Of a stretch of 64,000 nt of DNA, positions 1 through 8,900 are shown one piece after another. Each line of letters starts with the position of its first letter. The first letter of the stretch is position 1. Made by a program: the position numbers and the translations under genes. Location: positions 314,526,001 to 314,590,000 of the forward strand of contig CM097883.1 of the NCBI GenBank assembly GCA_044892505.1, in the 5' to 3' direction. Origin of the DNA: Schmidtea nova. Its lineage: Eukaryota. Under the pieces are notes generated by a model. The model did no database searches, was not told the origin of the DNA, and worked only from the letters and a program-made list of their open reading frames with translations.

Positions 1-66
1 TTAATTTTGGAATACGGAATCATTTCCATCAAGTCCATTTGCCACAAATCATTGATTCTATATGTT

Positions 67-288
67 TTATATGCTCGAGTTGGAAACCGTTTCAACATCG
101 GTTTGTTTAGACTGTATGCAAGTTGCCCCGATAACCAACTTTGTGTCTGTTGTTTCGACTTCTGTGCTTTTTTCCTTAGCTTTTCGACTCCACCGAAACC
201 GGCGTCGTCTTTTGGGTTCGTCCAGATCTTCTCCATTACAACAAGAAGATTTAAAGTTTAAATTTAAATTAGGTAATGATTGACCCAT
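67..288 (-). CDS. Small basic Polinton protein (N-terminal Met-Gly, CC, KRRRR basic patch)
   Basis: 73-aa ORF starting 3 nt after the stop of the 292-828 ORF on the same strand. No family recognised. Confidence 0.5.
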   Translation of the reverse strand: MGQSLPNLNLNFKSSCCNGEDLDEPKRRRRFRWSRKAKEKSTEVETTDTKLVIGATCIQSKQTDVETVSNSSI

Positions 289-291
289 TGT

Positions 292-828
292 TTATGACTT
301 TCTTTTTCCCAATAAACCAGCACCTCCCAATAAAGATAATTCTAATGGTAACAATGCTGCGATAAAACCACCTTGTTGTTTATATATTATTTTGCGCATA
401 AGTTTTCGATTTTTTGTGTTTACTAGCGACAACAATGGTTTTTTATGCTTGTTCAAAACACGGCGATTAGATGGAGTTAGATTCATTTGACCTCGCACGA
501 CTTTAATTAAAATAGCGAGTAAATCATCGATGACGTAACTAGGAAACGATTGAAGAATACCCATTCTTCTAACTGATGGGGCTTTAAGTAATGCATTAAA
601 ACACGGTAAACTACGATTATGTAGTGGTTTAGCATTAGATTTCAAATTAATTTGATTATTTTTGGGAATATTATCCATAATTATTTTCTTGGATCTTGAT
701 TTCTTTTTTGATTTCTTTCTTGATTTATTTATAGATTTCTTTGTAAATAGTTTCTTTGTTTTCTTTCCCACTTTCTTTGTTCTAGCCTTTATCAATGGCT
801 CAAACTTTACTCGAGATTTCATTAACAT
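292..828 (-). CDS. Polinton basic core/DNA-condensing protein (pVII/pX-like)
   Basis: Lys/Arg-rich N-terminus. C-terminal KQQGGFIAALLPL and LLGGAG resemble the GG|x protease maturation motifs of Polinton/adenoviral core proteins. Adjacent to the ATPase. Confidence 0.7.
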   Translation of the reverse strand: MLMKSRVKFEPLIKARTKKVGKKTKKLFTKKSINKSRKKSKKKSRSKKIIMDNIPKNNQINLKSNAKPLHNRSLPCFNALLKAPSVRRMGILQSFPSYVIDDLLAILIKVVRGQMNLTPSNRRVLNKHKKPLLSLVNTKNRKLMRKIIYKQQGGFIAALLPLELSLLGGAGLLGKRKS

Positions 829-848
829 TATTATGATTGCAAACAGAA

Positions 849-1472
849 TTAACTTTGTTTATAAACCATGGCTCCTTCAGTGTTAAAAATATCAGTTCTA
901 ACTCGTAAATCATCACTGCATTGTTGAGTAAAATCCAGGAAAATATATCCATGAGGAGATTTTGTAGCATCTTGAAAGGCTTCAATCAAAAAGTTACGAT
1001 TAGAAGGATAAGCTTGTCTTGCCAGAAAATCAATAACTGTTGCATCTCTAGGATTTTTAAAAACAACAAGATATTGAACATTTAAATTACGAGTTCGATG
1101 ACTACCGCCCTGATGAAATAAATTCTGAGTTATAAAAATAACAGTAACACTTTTATGTCTACTGATTTTCGTAAATAAGTTATTGAAATCCTTTTCTTTA
1201 TTTGCTTCTTGATACAAGTCGTCAATGATAATCACATCACCTTGTTTTAATCTAGATGACCAGTTTTTATCGAAACCTTTTATGATTGTCATTTTTATTT
1301 TACAAAACTGATCTTGTGTCATTCCGCTTTCGTCGTCAGCACCCCTATGCCAATAAATATTATTAAATTTCGACTTGAATAATTTCGATTGCAATAATTT
1401 ACAAACAAATAAAGTTTTTTCACTCCCGCTCGGACCAACAATTTGAAATACTGCATCATTTCTTAATTCCAT
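849..1472 (-). CDS. Polinton FtsK/A32-like DNA packaging ATPase (Walker A mutated)
   Basis: IVGPSGSEKT (Walker A with G>E), IIIDDL (Walker B), FTKISRH, ITQNLF, NVQYLVVFKNPRD and PHGYIFLD are typical Polinton ATPase motifs. Confidence 0.9.
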   Translation of the reverse strand: MELRNDAVFQIVGPSGSEKTLFVCKLLQSKLFKSKFNNIYWHRGADDESGMTQDQFCKIKMTIIKGFDKNWSSRLKQGDVIIIDDLYQEANKEKDFNNLFTKISRHKSVTVIFITQNLFHQGGSHRTRNLNVQYLVVFKNPRDATVIDFLARQAYPSNRNFLIEAFQDATKSPHGYIFLDFTQQCSDDLRVRTDIFNTEGAMVYKQS

Positions 1473-1565
1473 ATTTAAAAATTATATTTAATTAATATTA
1501 TTGTTTATATTTGTTTTAAATACTGGTTCTCAAAGTAATTGTTTCATTTAAAAATATTTTCAGTA

Positions 1566-2033
1566 ATGATTAGAAACATTAATTACAAAGGTAAGACAGA
1601 TGTATCACACATGAAATTTCCAAACGGAAAACCCCAGCAAATTGTAGATCGAAGTGGAAAATACCCAATAATATACTTTAAAACAGGAAGATATAGAATA
1701 ATGGGATGCAGGGAATTTATTAGTGACGAACAAGTTCAGTTTTACGATTTAACAATACAATCGATAACTGTAACTGCGGATTTAGGATTTATTTGTAATT
1801 TGAATGAATTATCGAAATTAATATCATGTGATTACGAGCCAGAATTATTTCCAGCTTTGAGATATATCAAATATAATCCCATGTGTGTAAATATATTTGC
1901 AAGTGGGAAATTAGTCATATTAGGATTAAAAAACAAAGACTATTCAACTATAGTTGATGATATTATTTACGATATAAAATCAATTATAGAAGATAAAGCC
2001 TTTGTTGATTTCATACTAACATGTGACTCATGA
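1566..2033 (+). CDS. TATA-binding-protein-like fold protein
   Basis: IQSITVTADLGF...DYEPELFPALRY...VNIFASGKLVILG matches TBP repeat 2 (YEPELFPGL...IFVSGKVVLTG). IIYFKTGRYRIMG matches the end of repeat 1. ATG at 1566; the ORF track starts at TTG 1539. Confidence 0.75.
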   Translation: MIRNINYKGKTDVSHMKFPNGKPQQIVDRSGKYPIIYFKTGRYRIMGCREFISDEQVQFYDLTIQSITVTADLGFICNLNELSKLISCDYEPELFPALRYIKYNPMCVNIFASGKLVILGLKNKDYSTIVDDIIYDIKSIIEDKAFVDFILTCDS

Positions 2034-2065
2034 CTGCAATATCGATGCATTAGAAATGCACGATT

Positions 2066-2130
2066 CTGATTGGCTCTGCGTGTATCGATAGAATAAAGAC
2101 ATGTTGTGCATGCTTGATTCTGATTGGTTC
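2066..2130 (+). promoter_or_regulatory. Two CCAAT boxes (GATTCTGATTGG) upstream of the 2299 ORF
   Basis: GATTCTGATTGG occurs twice about 50 bp apart between the TBP-like stop and the next ORF. Confidence 0.35.
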
Positions 2131-2298
2131 ATTATGTGTGTTTCAAATCATGTGTGTTTCTTTGATATATATACTATGAACAATCTCACATAGTTTATAT
2201 CCAAAAATATGTCGCTAACCCAAACTTTAATTAAAAGCCGTAAGGATTTTAATTATTTATTTTTCATATTTTATATTATTATTATTTTAGAAAAGCTA

Positions 2299-2856
2299 AT
2301 GAATGTCATCTATCGGAAATTGGAGGAGCTTTTCCCCAACCTGATGCAGGCTCTGGTCTACACGGCTCCGGAGATGTTCCCATATAAAATCATGGTCCTG
2401 ACTGGTATCGATATAAACCAGATCGTCCTGGACCACATGACGAACCAGAATACGGATCTGCCAGTGGTACCCGAGCACATTCTCTGTGCTTATCAATGCG
2501 GGAGCTGCGTCGAAAGAATCCGGCAGTTCAATATCTGGGTTTTAAGGAATTCCCTCAAATTATACGAAGTCCAACAAATGGATAAAATCGATGAGGAGGA
2601 GGAGCAAATTAAAGAAACATGGCCCAACTCTACTCCGGAGCCGACTGATGATGAAACAACAACAGAATTGGAAGCACCAACTCTAGATGGTCCGTTTCCA
2701 ACTGAATCATCTCAATCACCAGATTGTCAGGAATCACCTCAATCACCTGATTGTAAGCAATGCCATCGAAAGGCAGAAGATTGTGATGGTGATGAGAATA
2801 ATAGTGATGATAATGATGGTTGCCAATCTCTTGGTGGTGAACCATCGGACATGTGA
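2299..2856 (+). CDS. Polinton hypothetical protein (CxxxCxxC, acidic C-terminus)
   Basis: GC-richer coding-like stretch from ATG 2299 with ILCAYQCGSC and a low-complexity acidic tail. No family recognised. Confidence 0.6.
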   Translation: MNVIYRKLEELFPNLMQALVYTAPEMFPYKIMVLTGIDINQIVLDHMTNQNTDLPVVPEHILCAYQCGSCVERIRQFNIWVLRNSLKLYEVQQMDKIDEEEEQIKETWPNSTPEPTDDETTTELEAPTLDGPFPTESSQSPDCQESPQSPDCKQCHRKAEDCDGDENNSDDNDGCQSLGGEPSDM

Positions 2857-3230
2857 ATGTTGTTGTTGTTGTTGTTGTTGTTATATTTTAGTTTTGTGTC
2901 ATTTTTGTTATTTTAGTTGAATAAAAGTTTTTTATTCATTTTAGTTTTTTGTCATTTTAGTTTAGTTAAATAAAAGTTTTTTATTCATTTTAGTTTTTAT
3001 TTAAATAATAATAATAGTAATAGTTTTTATTAAAACATTTTTAGTAGTAGTAGTAGTAGTAGTAGTTTTTTATTAACTGTATATAAAAGCTAAAAACTTT
3101 TTTATTAAATACTATTTAGAAAGAAAGTAGTAGTATTATGAAATAAATAAATAAATAAATAAATAAATAAGAACATTAGTAACCGGACATTAGGAGCAGA
3201 ACCCTGGAAGCAGAACCTATTCTGTGATGG
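2857..3230. repeat. Microsatellite and short duplication cluster: (GTT)n, (AGT)n, (AAAT)n and a duplicated AATAAAAGTTTTTTATTCATTT block
   Basis: Directly visible simple repeats. Confidence 0.8.
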
Positions 3231-3425
3231 TTTTGATGTGCAAAAGCTTCATACTTGACAAATACTAATTAATTAATTAATTAAACATGCACGCATACAA
3301 CAAAGACATTGCAATACATGTGCATAATGTGTGCAAAACAAATGCATGAATATGATTGGACAAAGACATCCAGTCATCAGTATAAATACAAAGACTTTTT
3401 ATAAAATATTGTCACAATCTACATC

Positions 3426-3842
3426 ATGCAATCACGAAAACAAAATTTAGATATAAGCGAAGAAAAAATATATCAGACTGAGGTCAAACCAGTTCAGATG
3501 TACTATGACAGCAGAATTTATTTTTTGGTTAATGAAATACCGTATCGATTATCTTATCCGGTAAAGTTAACAAAATCTTTATATGACAGTCTTGCTGTAA
3601 TTATTGCTAAAGAAGATATTATCGCATTAAATCGATTATTTTCAAAGATCAATGTTAATTTGACATGTAAAGAAACCATGTACATCAATAACAGAAAAAC
3701 TCGGTTCCATGATGCTTTTCAAACTATTGATTTCGTGGATCAAGAACACTGGTTCGTTACCATTATTATCCAGGGATACAAGATTGATAAAAAAGATGTT
3801 GTTACTCCGATTTGGAGAGTTGACAATGCAAGATACGCATAA
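3426..3842 (+). CDS. Polinton hypothetical protein, possibly an OB-fold ssDNA-binding protein
   Basis: 138-aa ORF preceded by ATTGG (~3356) and a TATAAATA box (~3381). Beta-rich C-terminus VTIIIQGYKI...VTPIWRV. The SSB call is a guess. Confidence 0.6.
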   Translation: MQSRKQNLDISEEKIYQTEVKPVQMYYDSRIYFLVNEIPYRLSYPVKLTKSLYDSLAVIIAKEDIIALNRLFSKINVNLTCKETMYINNRKTRFHDAFQTIDFVDQEHWFVTIIIQGYKIDKKDVVTPIWRVDNARYA

Positions 3843-3905
3843 TTGTTTTTTAATAAATATTTTAGTATGAACAAATTTAGTTTTATATTAGTTTTTGTTT
3901 TTAAA

Positions 3906-4487
3906 ATGAAATTAAATATACTTATTTTATTATTATGTATTCACAATACTGAAGGAGAGCAAGCTTTGGAAGATTGTCAATCATCCCATCCGTTTCGAAA
4001 ACAAGATAGTACTTGTGCGAGTTATAACGATATATGTCTTTACTCAAACATTGAATGCAGTCAAATAAAATTACAATGTAATCAATGTCCTTCAAAAAAT
4101 AATGTGATTAATAATGATTTTGAAAAAATGATTAACAAAATAATGATGAAAATAGTTGAACGATTTAAATGTATCAATCAAACTTTTGTTAAAAAAGAAT
4201 ATGAAGTCAGATACCAAAATCAAACAGTTGAAAATGAAAAAACAGCAATTGTATTACATTATATAAGTTTATTTATATTAATAATTATAATGATATTATC
4301 GGCATCCATACGGTTGGAGAAGATATCAAATATTCCAAAGAATAATATTCCGAAAATTAATAATATTCCGACGAATAATATTACAATGAATAATATTCCT
4401 ATGAGTAATATTCCGAGTAATAATTTAGATGTAAATAATTTTGAAACGAAATTTTGTACACGCACACAACAATATATTTATAAATAA
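3906..4487 (+). CDS. Type I membrane protein: signal peptide, Cys-rich ectodomain, TM helix, N-I-P repeat tail
   Basis: MKLNILILLLCIHNTEG signal-like start, six Cys within ~40 aa, NQT sequons, TM AIVLHYISLFILIIIMILSASI, repeated NNIP in the tail. Confidence 0.65.
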   Translation: MKLNILILLLCIHNTEGEQALEDCQSSHPFRKQDSTCASYNDICLYSNIECSQIKLQCNQCPSKNNVINNDFEKMINKIMMKIVERFKCINQTFVKKEYEVRYQNQTVENEKTAIVLHYISLFILIIIMILSASIRLEKISNIPKNNIPKINNIPTNNITMNNIPMSNIPSNNLDVNNFETKFCTRTQQYIYK

Positions 4488-4519
4488 ATTTTATTTTGGC
4501 TTTTTAATGTCTTTGTTTA

Positions 4520-4685
4520 TGTTGCACATGTGTTGCAAAGTGTTGCATGTGTATTGCAATGTCTTTGTTTAGTTTGCATACGTGTTGCAATGTCTTTGTT
4601 CATGTTGCACGCGTGTTGCAAAGTCCTTGTTCATGTTGCACGTGTGTTGCAATGTCTTTGTTTAGTTTGCACGCATGTTGCAATT
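4520..4685. repeat. Degenerate ~30-bp repeats (GTGTTGCAATGTCTTTGTT..)
   Basis: About five imperfect copies. Related sequence occurs inverted at 3287-3370. Confidence 0.75.
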
Positions 4686-4700
4686 ATTTTCGATGACTCT

Positions 4701-5810
4701 AATTTGTGTTAAAAAAATTTGTGTTAAAAAAATTTGTGTTAAAAAAATTTGTGTTAAAAAAATTTGTGTTAAAAAAATTTGTGTTAAAAAAATTTGTGTT
4801 AAAAAAATTTGTGTTAAAAAAATTTGTGTTAAAAAAATTTGTGTTAAAAAAATTTGTGTTAAAAAAATTTGTGTTAAAAAAATTTGTGTTAAAAAAATTT
4901 GTGTTAAAAAAATTTGTGTTAAAAAAATTTGTGTTAAAAAAATTTGTGTTAAAAAAATTTGTGTTAAAAAAATTTGTGTTAAAAAAATTTGTGTTAAAAA
5001 AATTTGTGTTAAAAAAATTTGTGTTAAAAAAATTTGTGTTAAAAAAATTTGTGTTAAAAAAATTTGTGTTAAAAAAATTTGTGTTAAAAAAATTTGTGTT
5101 AAAAAAATTTATGTTAAAAAAATTTATGTTAAAAAAATTTATGTTAAAAAAATTTATGTTAAAAAAATTTGTGTTAAAAAAATTTGTGTTAAAAAAATTT
5201 GTGTTAAAAAAATTTGTTTTAAAAAAATTTGTGTTAAAAAAATTTGTGTTAAAAAAATTTGTGTTAAAAAAATTTGTGTTAAAAAAATTTGTGTTAAAAA
5301 AATTTGTGTTAAAAAAATTTGTGTTAAAAAAATTTGTGTTAAAAAAATTTGTGTTAAAAAAATTTGTGTTAAAAAAATTTGTGTTAAAAAAATTTGTGTT
5401 AAAAAAATTTGTGTTAAAAAAATTTGTGTTAAAAAAATTTGTGTTAAAAAAATTTGTGTTAAAAAAATTTGTGTTAAAAAAATTTGTGTTAAAAAAATTT
5501 GTGTTAAAAAAATTTGTGTTAAAAAAATTTGTGTTAAAAAAATTTGTGTTAAAAAAATTTGTGTTAAAAAAATTTGTGTTAAAAAAATTTGTGTTAAAAA
5601 AATTTGTGTTAAAAAAATTTGTGTTAAAAAAATTTGTGTTAAAAAAATTTATGTTAAAAAAATTTATGTTAAAAAAATTTGTGTTAAAAAAATTTGTGTT
5701 AAAAAAATTTGTGTTAAAAAAATTTGTGTTAAAAAAATTTGTGTTAAAAAAATTTGTGTTAAAAAAATTTGTGTTAAAAAAATTTGTGTTAAAAAAATTT
5801 GTGTTAAAAA
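4701..5810. repeat. 15-bp tandem array (AATTTGTGTTAAAAA) x ~74 in the Polinton terminal region
   Basis: Directly visible, with G>A variant blocks at ~5111-5160 and ~5651-5670. Confidence 0.98.
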
Positions 5811-5831
5811 AAAATATTTTGAAAAAAAATT

Positions 5832-5988
5832 TTTGGCGCGAAAAAAAAATTTGAAAAAAATTTTTGGCGCGAAAAAAAATTTTGAAAAAAAATTTTTATG
5901 ACTCATCGATGACTCATCGATGACTCATCAAAAAAAATTCTACCCCCCGGGGTTTTTGTTCTTTTTTTCCGCCCACGCAATGAGTCAT
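5832..5988. promoter_or_regulatory. Terminal cluster of 2 E2F sites, 4 AP-1/GCN4 sites and a GC box
   Basis: TTTGGCGCGAAA at 5832-5843 and 5863-5874. ATGACTCAT at 5898, 5909 and 5920. CCGCCC at 5969. ATGAGTCAT at 5980. Confidence 0.6.
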
Positions 5989-8900
5989 AATGTCTTTGTT
6001 CCCGGCTCCACACATCTACCTACTTTAATACATAAAATATTTTATTTTTACAGAAAAATTTTAATCTGCATTTGAAATTTAAGAAAAACTTTAATTATTA
6101 TTCTATAAACAGTAATTTTATCAAGTTTAGAAACAATAAAAATAAATTTTTCTTTTGTTTAAAATTACTAATTTAATCCAAAAACAAATTAATCTAATTC
6201 AAAGATCATATCGATTTTAAATGTAAGTTTTATGAATTATCTTACTAAATTTATTAAATAATGATTTTTAAAGATCAGTCCAACAAAAGATGGGTACCGC
6301 CAGCAGCTACGAAGCCAGATAAGAATTCTCCCATCCAAAATGAATCAAAAAACTGGAATTCCAGCTCCTACGAAGCAAAATTGCCAACTTTGTCGACAAG
6401 TTAAAATTTATGACTATTTGAGAAATATAATTTATCTACAACAATTTTAGAAAAAAATTTTAAAGAGAATACATTGGAACCCGGCCCTTCAAGAACTGCA
6501 AACAGGAAAAATCCTTGTCGGAGATTTTTATTCCTCAAACGGAATGAAGGCCATCAATTTTGATAAATAAATTTTGTGATATTGTCAATTCGTTTTTTAT
6601 TTTTTTTCGTTTGTTATTTATTATTTTTATGTAATTTTTGTAAATTGAAAAGTAAAAAAAAACTATAATGTAAATGGCCTGTTCGATTATACTAAGTTTG
6701 GCTGGGTATATTTAATTTTATAGATGGTATGGTTGAATGATAGATGTAAGTGAATGAAATTTTTGTATGGTTTTTCTGGATGTGTGATGCAGACACACGT
6801 TATCAAATGAATTTTTGGGTGTGTATTTTATGGGTTTTGATGCAGTTAGGTACTATTGAGTGAAACGATATAGTATGTGTGTTGATGTTTGAATGAATTT
6901 TTGTATGGTATTATATATGGGTGTTACTAATGAATGAAATGGGTGTAAGTTTTTGCAAATATTGATGTATTATGATTTTGTGATATTGTGGGGGTAGTTA
7001 TAATATACTATATATAAATTATATAAAATATTTTTAGAATTAAAATAATAATAATAATTTTTATAATATTTTCTATAAATTTTAAATTTATAATTTTATG
7101 AAAGTTATATAATAATAAAATTTCTAATTTTTATAATATACATTTTTGAATTCCAATTTTTATATTTTAAGAATATATATATATATTAATCGTAAAAATT
7201 TTTTTCTATAAAATCTCGAATTTGGAATTTTATAAGATGATAAAATTTTTAATATAATAATATTATTTTCGATTCATAATTTTTATGGGGTTCGATATAA
7301 TTTTTGATTTACTAATTCTTTGGAATTTTATAAAATGACAAAATCTTTTATACAATAACAATATTTTCGATTGGTAAATTTAATGGGGTTCGATATAATT
7401 TTTGATTTACAAATTGTTAGGAAAATCTTTGGTTTACAATTTTTCATTATAAATTTTTTGCAATATAATAAAAAGTAAATTTTTATTTTTTGATTAAACG
7501 AAATCGACACAATAATAAATTTTTATCCACAATTTTCGAAATCCAAATAAGAATTCAATCTAAAAAGTTTTATCTACTGAATAAAAAATAAAAATAAAAT
7601 AAGTTATAAATTTTTCAAAGAATATTTTTCGGCATCGAGTAAAGTGAATTTCGGTTTCGTTCGAGCATGAATTTCCCAACCAAAGTGCGCGCGAATTTTT
7701 CGGGACACTTCACTTAGGAACTTCAGGCTCCCGAAAGCAAGGTTCACTAGAGAAAATTATTTAGATAATGAATGAGGTTTAATTCAGATCAATCAATACT
7801 TGTCTTCACAATTCGTTTTATTTCGTGATCATTATACCAGCTTTGAGCATAACTTCAAACTATTCTCTTTTCAATATTAGCTTCCATTTTACTTGTGTTT
7901 TCGGATAAGATGACAATTGTAGCGAGAGTGAAGGCGAACGACGAGTAAAATATTCTTGCATAAATTAATTTTCTTTTTATAATGGATAAGACATTACTGG
8001 AGAAAATCATCTTTACGTTTATATGTGGTATCAATCTTTAATTATGAATATGTTAGAATTATAAATTCAGATAAACTACATTATTATAAATCAAATATCA
8101 TTAGTATAACAACTTGCCCTTGGCCAAGCCACTGTTCCCCAGTTGGGATGAAGTGATCATGGATGTTTGGGCTATTCACCTGGACTCGGAAATATGGGCT
8201 GATCGATTACGAATCGAACCAGCGATCCGCTCAGGCTACTTCCACCCGATCGGCGCAAGGCCAGAAACAGGTTTCAGGGGGTACGGAAAAAACATTTTAT
8301 TTATTTATTTTTATCTTTTTTATAATAAACTTCATTTGTGATTTCAAATCTGGGATTTGTGACAATAAAAAAAATAAACAGTTATAAAAAAGAATTTAAT
8401 ATTCATTTAATATTTTGCATAAAAATATATGCCAATAATAATATAAATATAATATACCATTAACAAAATAACAATATTACCGGTACGGGGTGATCGGACA
8501 GGCATGGTGTTCGATGACCCCGCACCAAACAAGAAAATGACACTTACATCCTATCAATTCTTCCGAAATTTCTGGTTCCAAATTATCTGATACCAAATAA
8601 ATTCTTCGGCAAAGTCTTCTTTTCAAAATATCTGCTGCGAGCTAAATTGAAATCTTCAGCAAAATCTTCTCTGGGTCCCAATAAAATTAAAATTCTTCAC
8701 GAAAATTCAAGATCTTTTCTGGTTCCAAATAAAACGAAAATTTCAAATTCTTTTCTGGTTCCAAATAAAAATTTTTAACGAAAATTTCACAAAAATTCTT
8801 TAACAAAAAATTTTTTTCCACAAATTCTGGTAAATTCTGATTATTGCCATTTTGATGGCGGTATATATACCATCGATTTTGCGTTACCTTCACTAGTGTA

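Larger units (their letters stand above)
1..6024. mobile_element. Polinton/Maverick (adintovirus-like) element, right arm and terminus; the rest lies outside the window
   Basis: Polinton-type packaging ATPase and basic core-like protein in a compact intronless gene block. The arm ends ...CACATCTACCTACT at 6024 (reverse complement AGTAGGTAG, matching the 5'-AG/AGTAG Polinton terminus). Base composition shifts to host-like AT-rich DNA afterwards. TTAATA (6025-6030) is the candidate 6-bp TSD. Confidence 0.85.

Noticed and set aside
4701-5810. CRISPR-like or telomeric array
   Set aside because: No spacers, eukaryotic context, and the unit is not a telomere repeat.
4675-5906. Long ORFs of 408, 382 and 80 aa (KKICV/KKFVL repeats)
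   Set aside because: Artefacts of the stop-free 15-bp tandem array.
8110-8290. SRP RNA or tRNA-derived SINE (GCCGATCGGGTG, GTGAATAGCC, GGTTCGATTC on the minus strand)
   Set aside because: Motif spacing does not fit SRP RNA, and the A/B-box-like motifs are too close for a tRNA.
8560-8830. Degenerate TTGGAACCAGAAA repeats as a coding exon
   Set aside because: Stops in all frames and no recognisable product.
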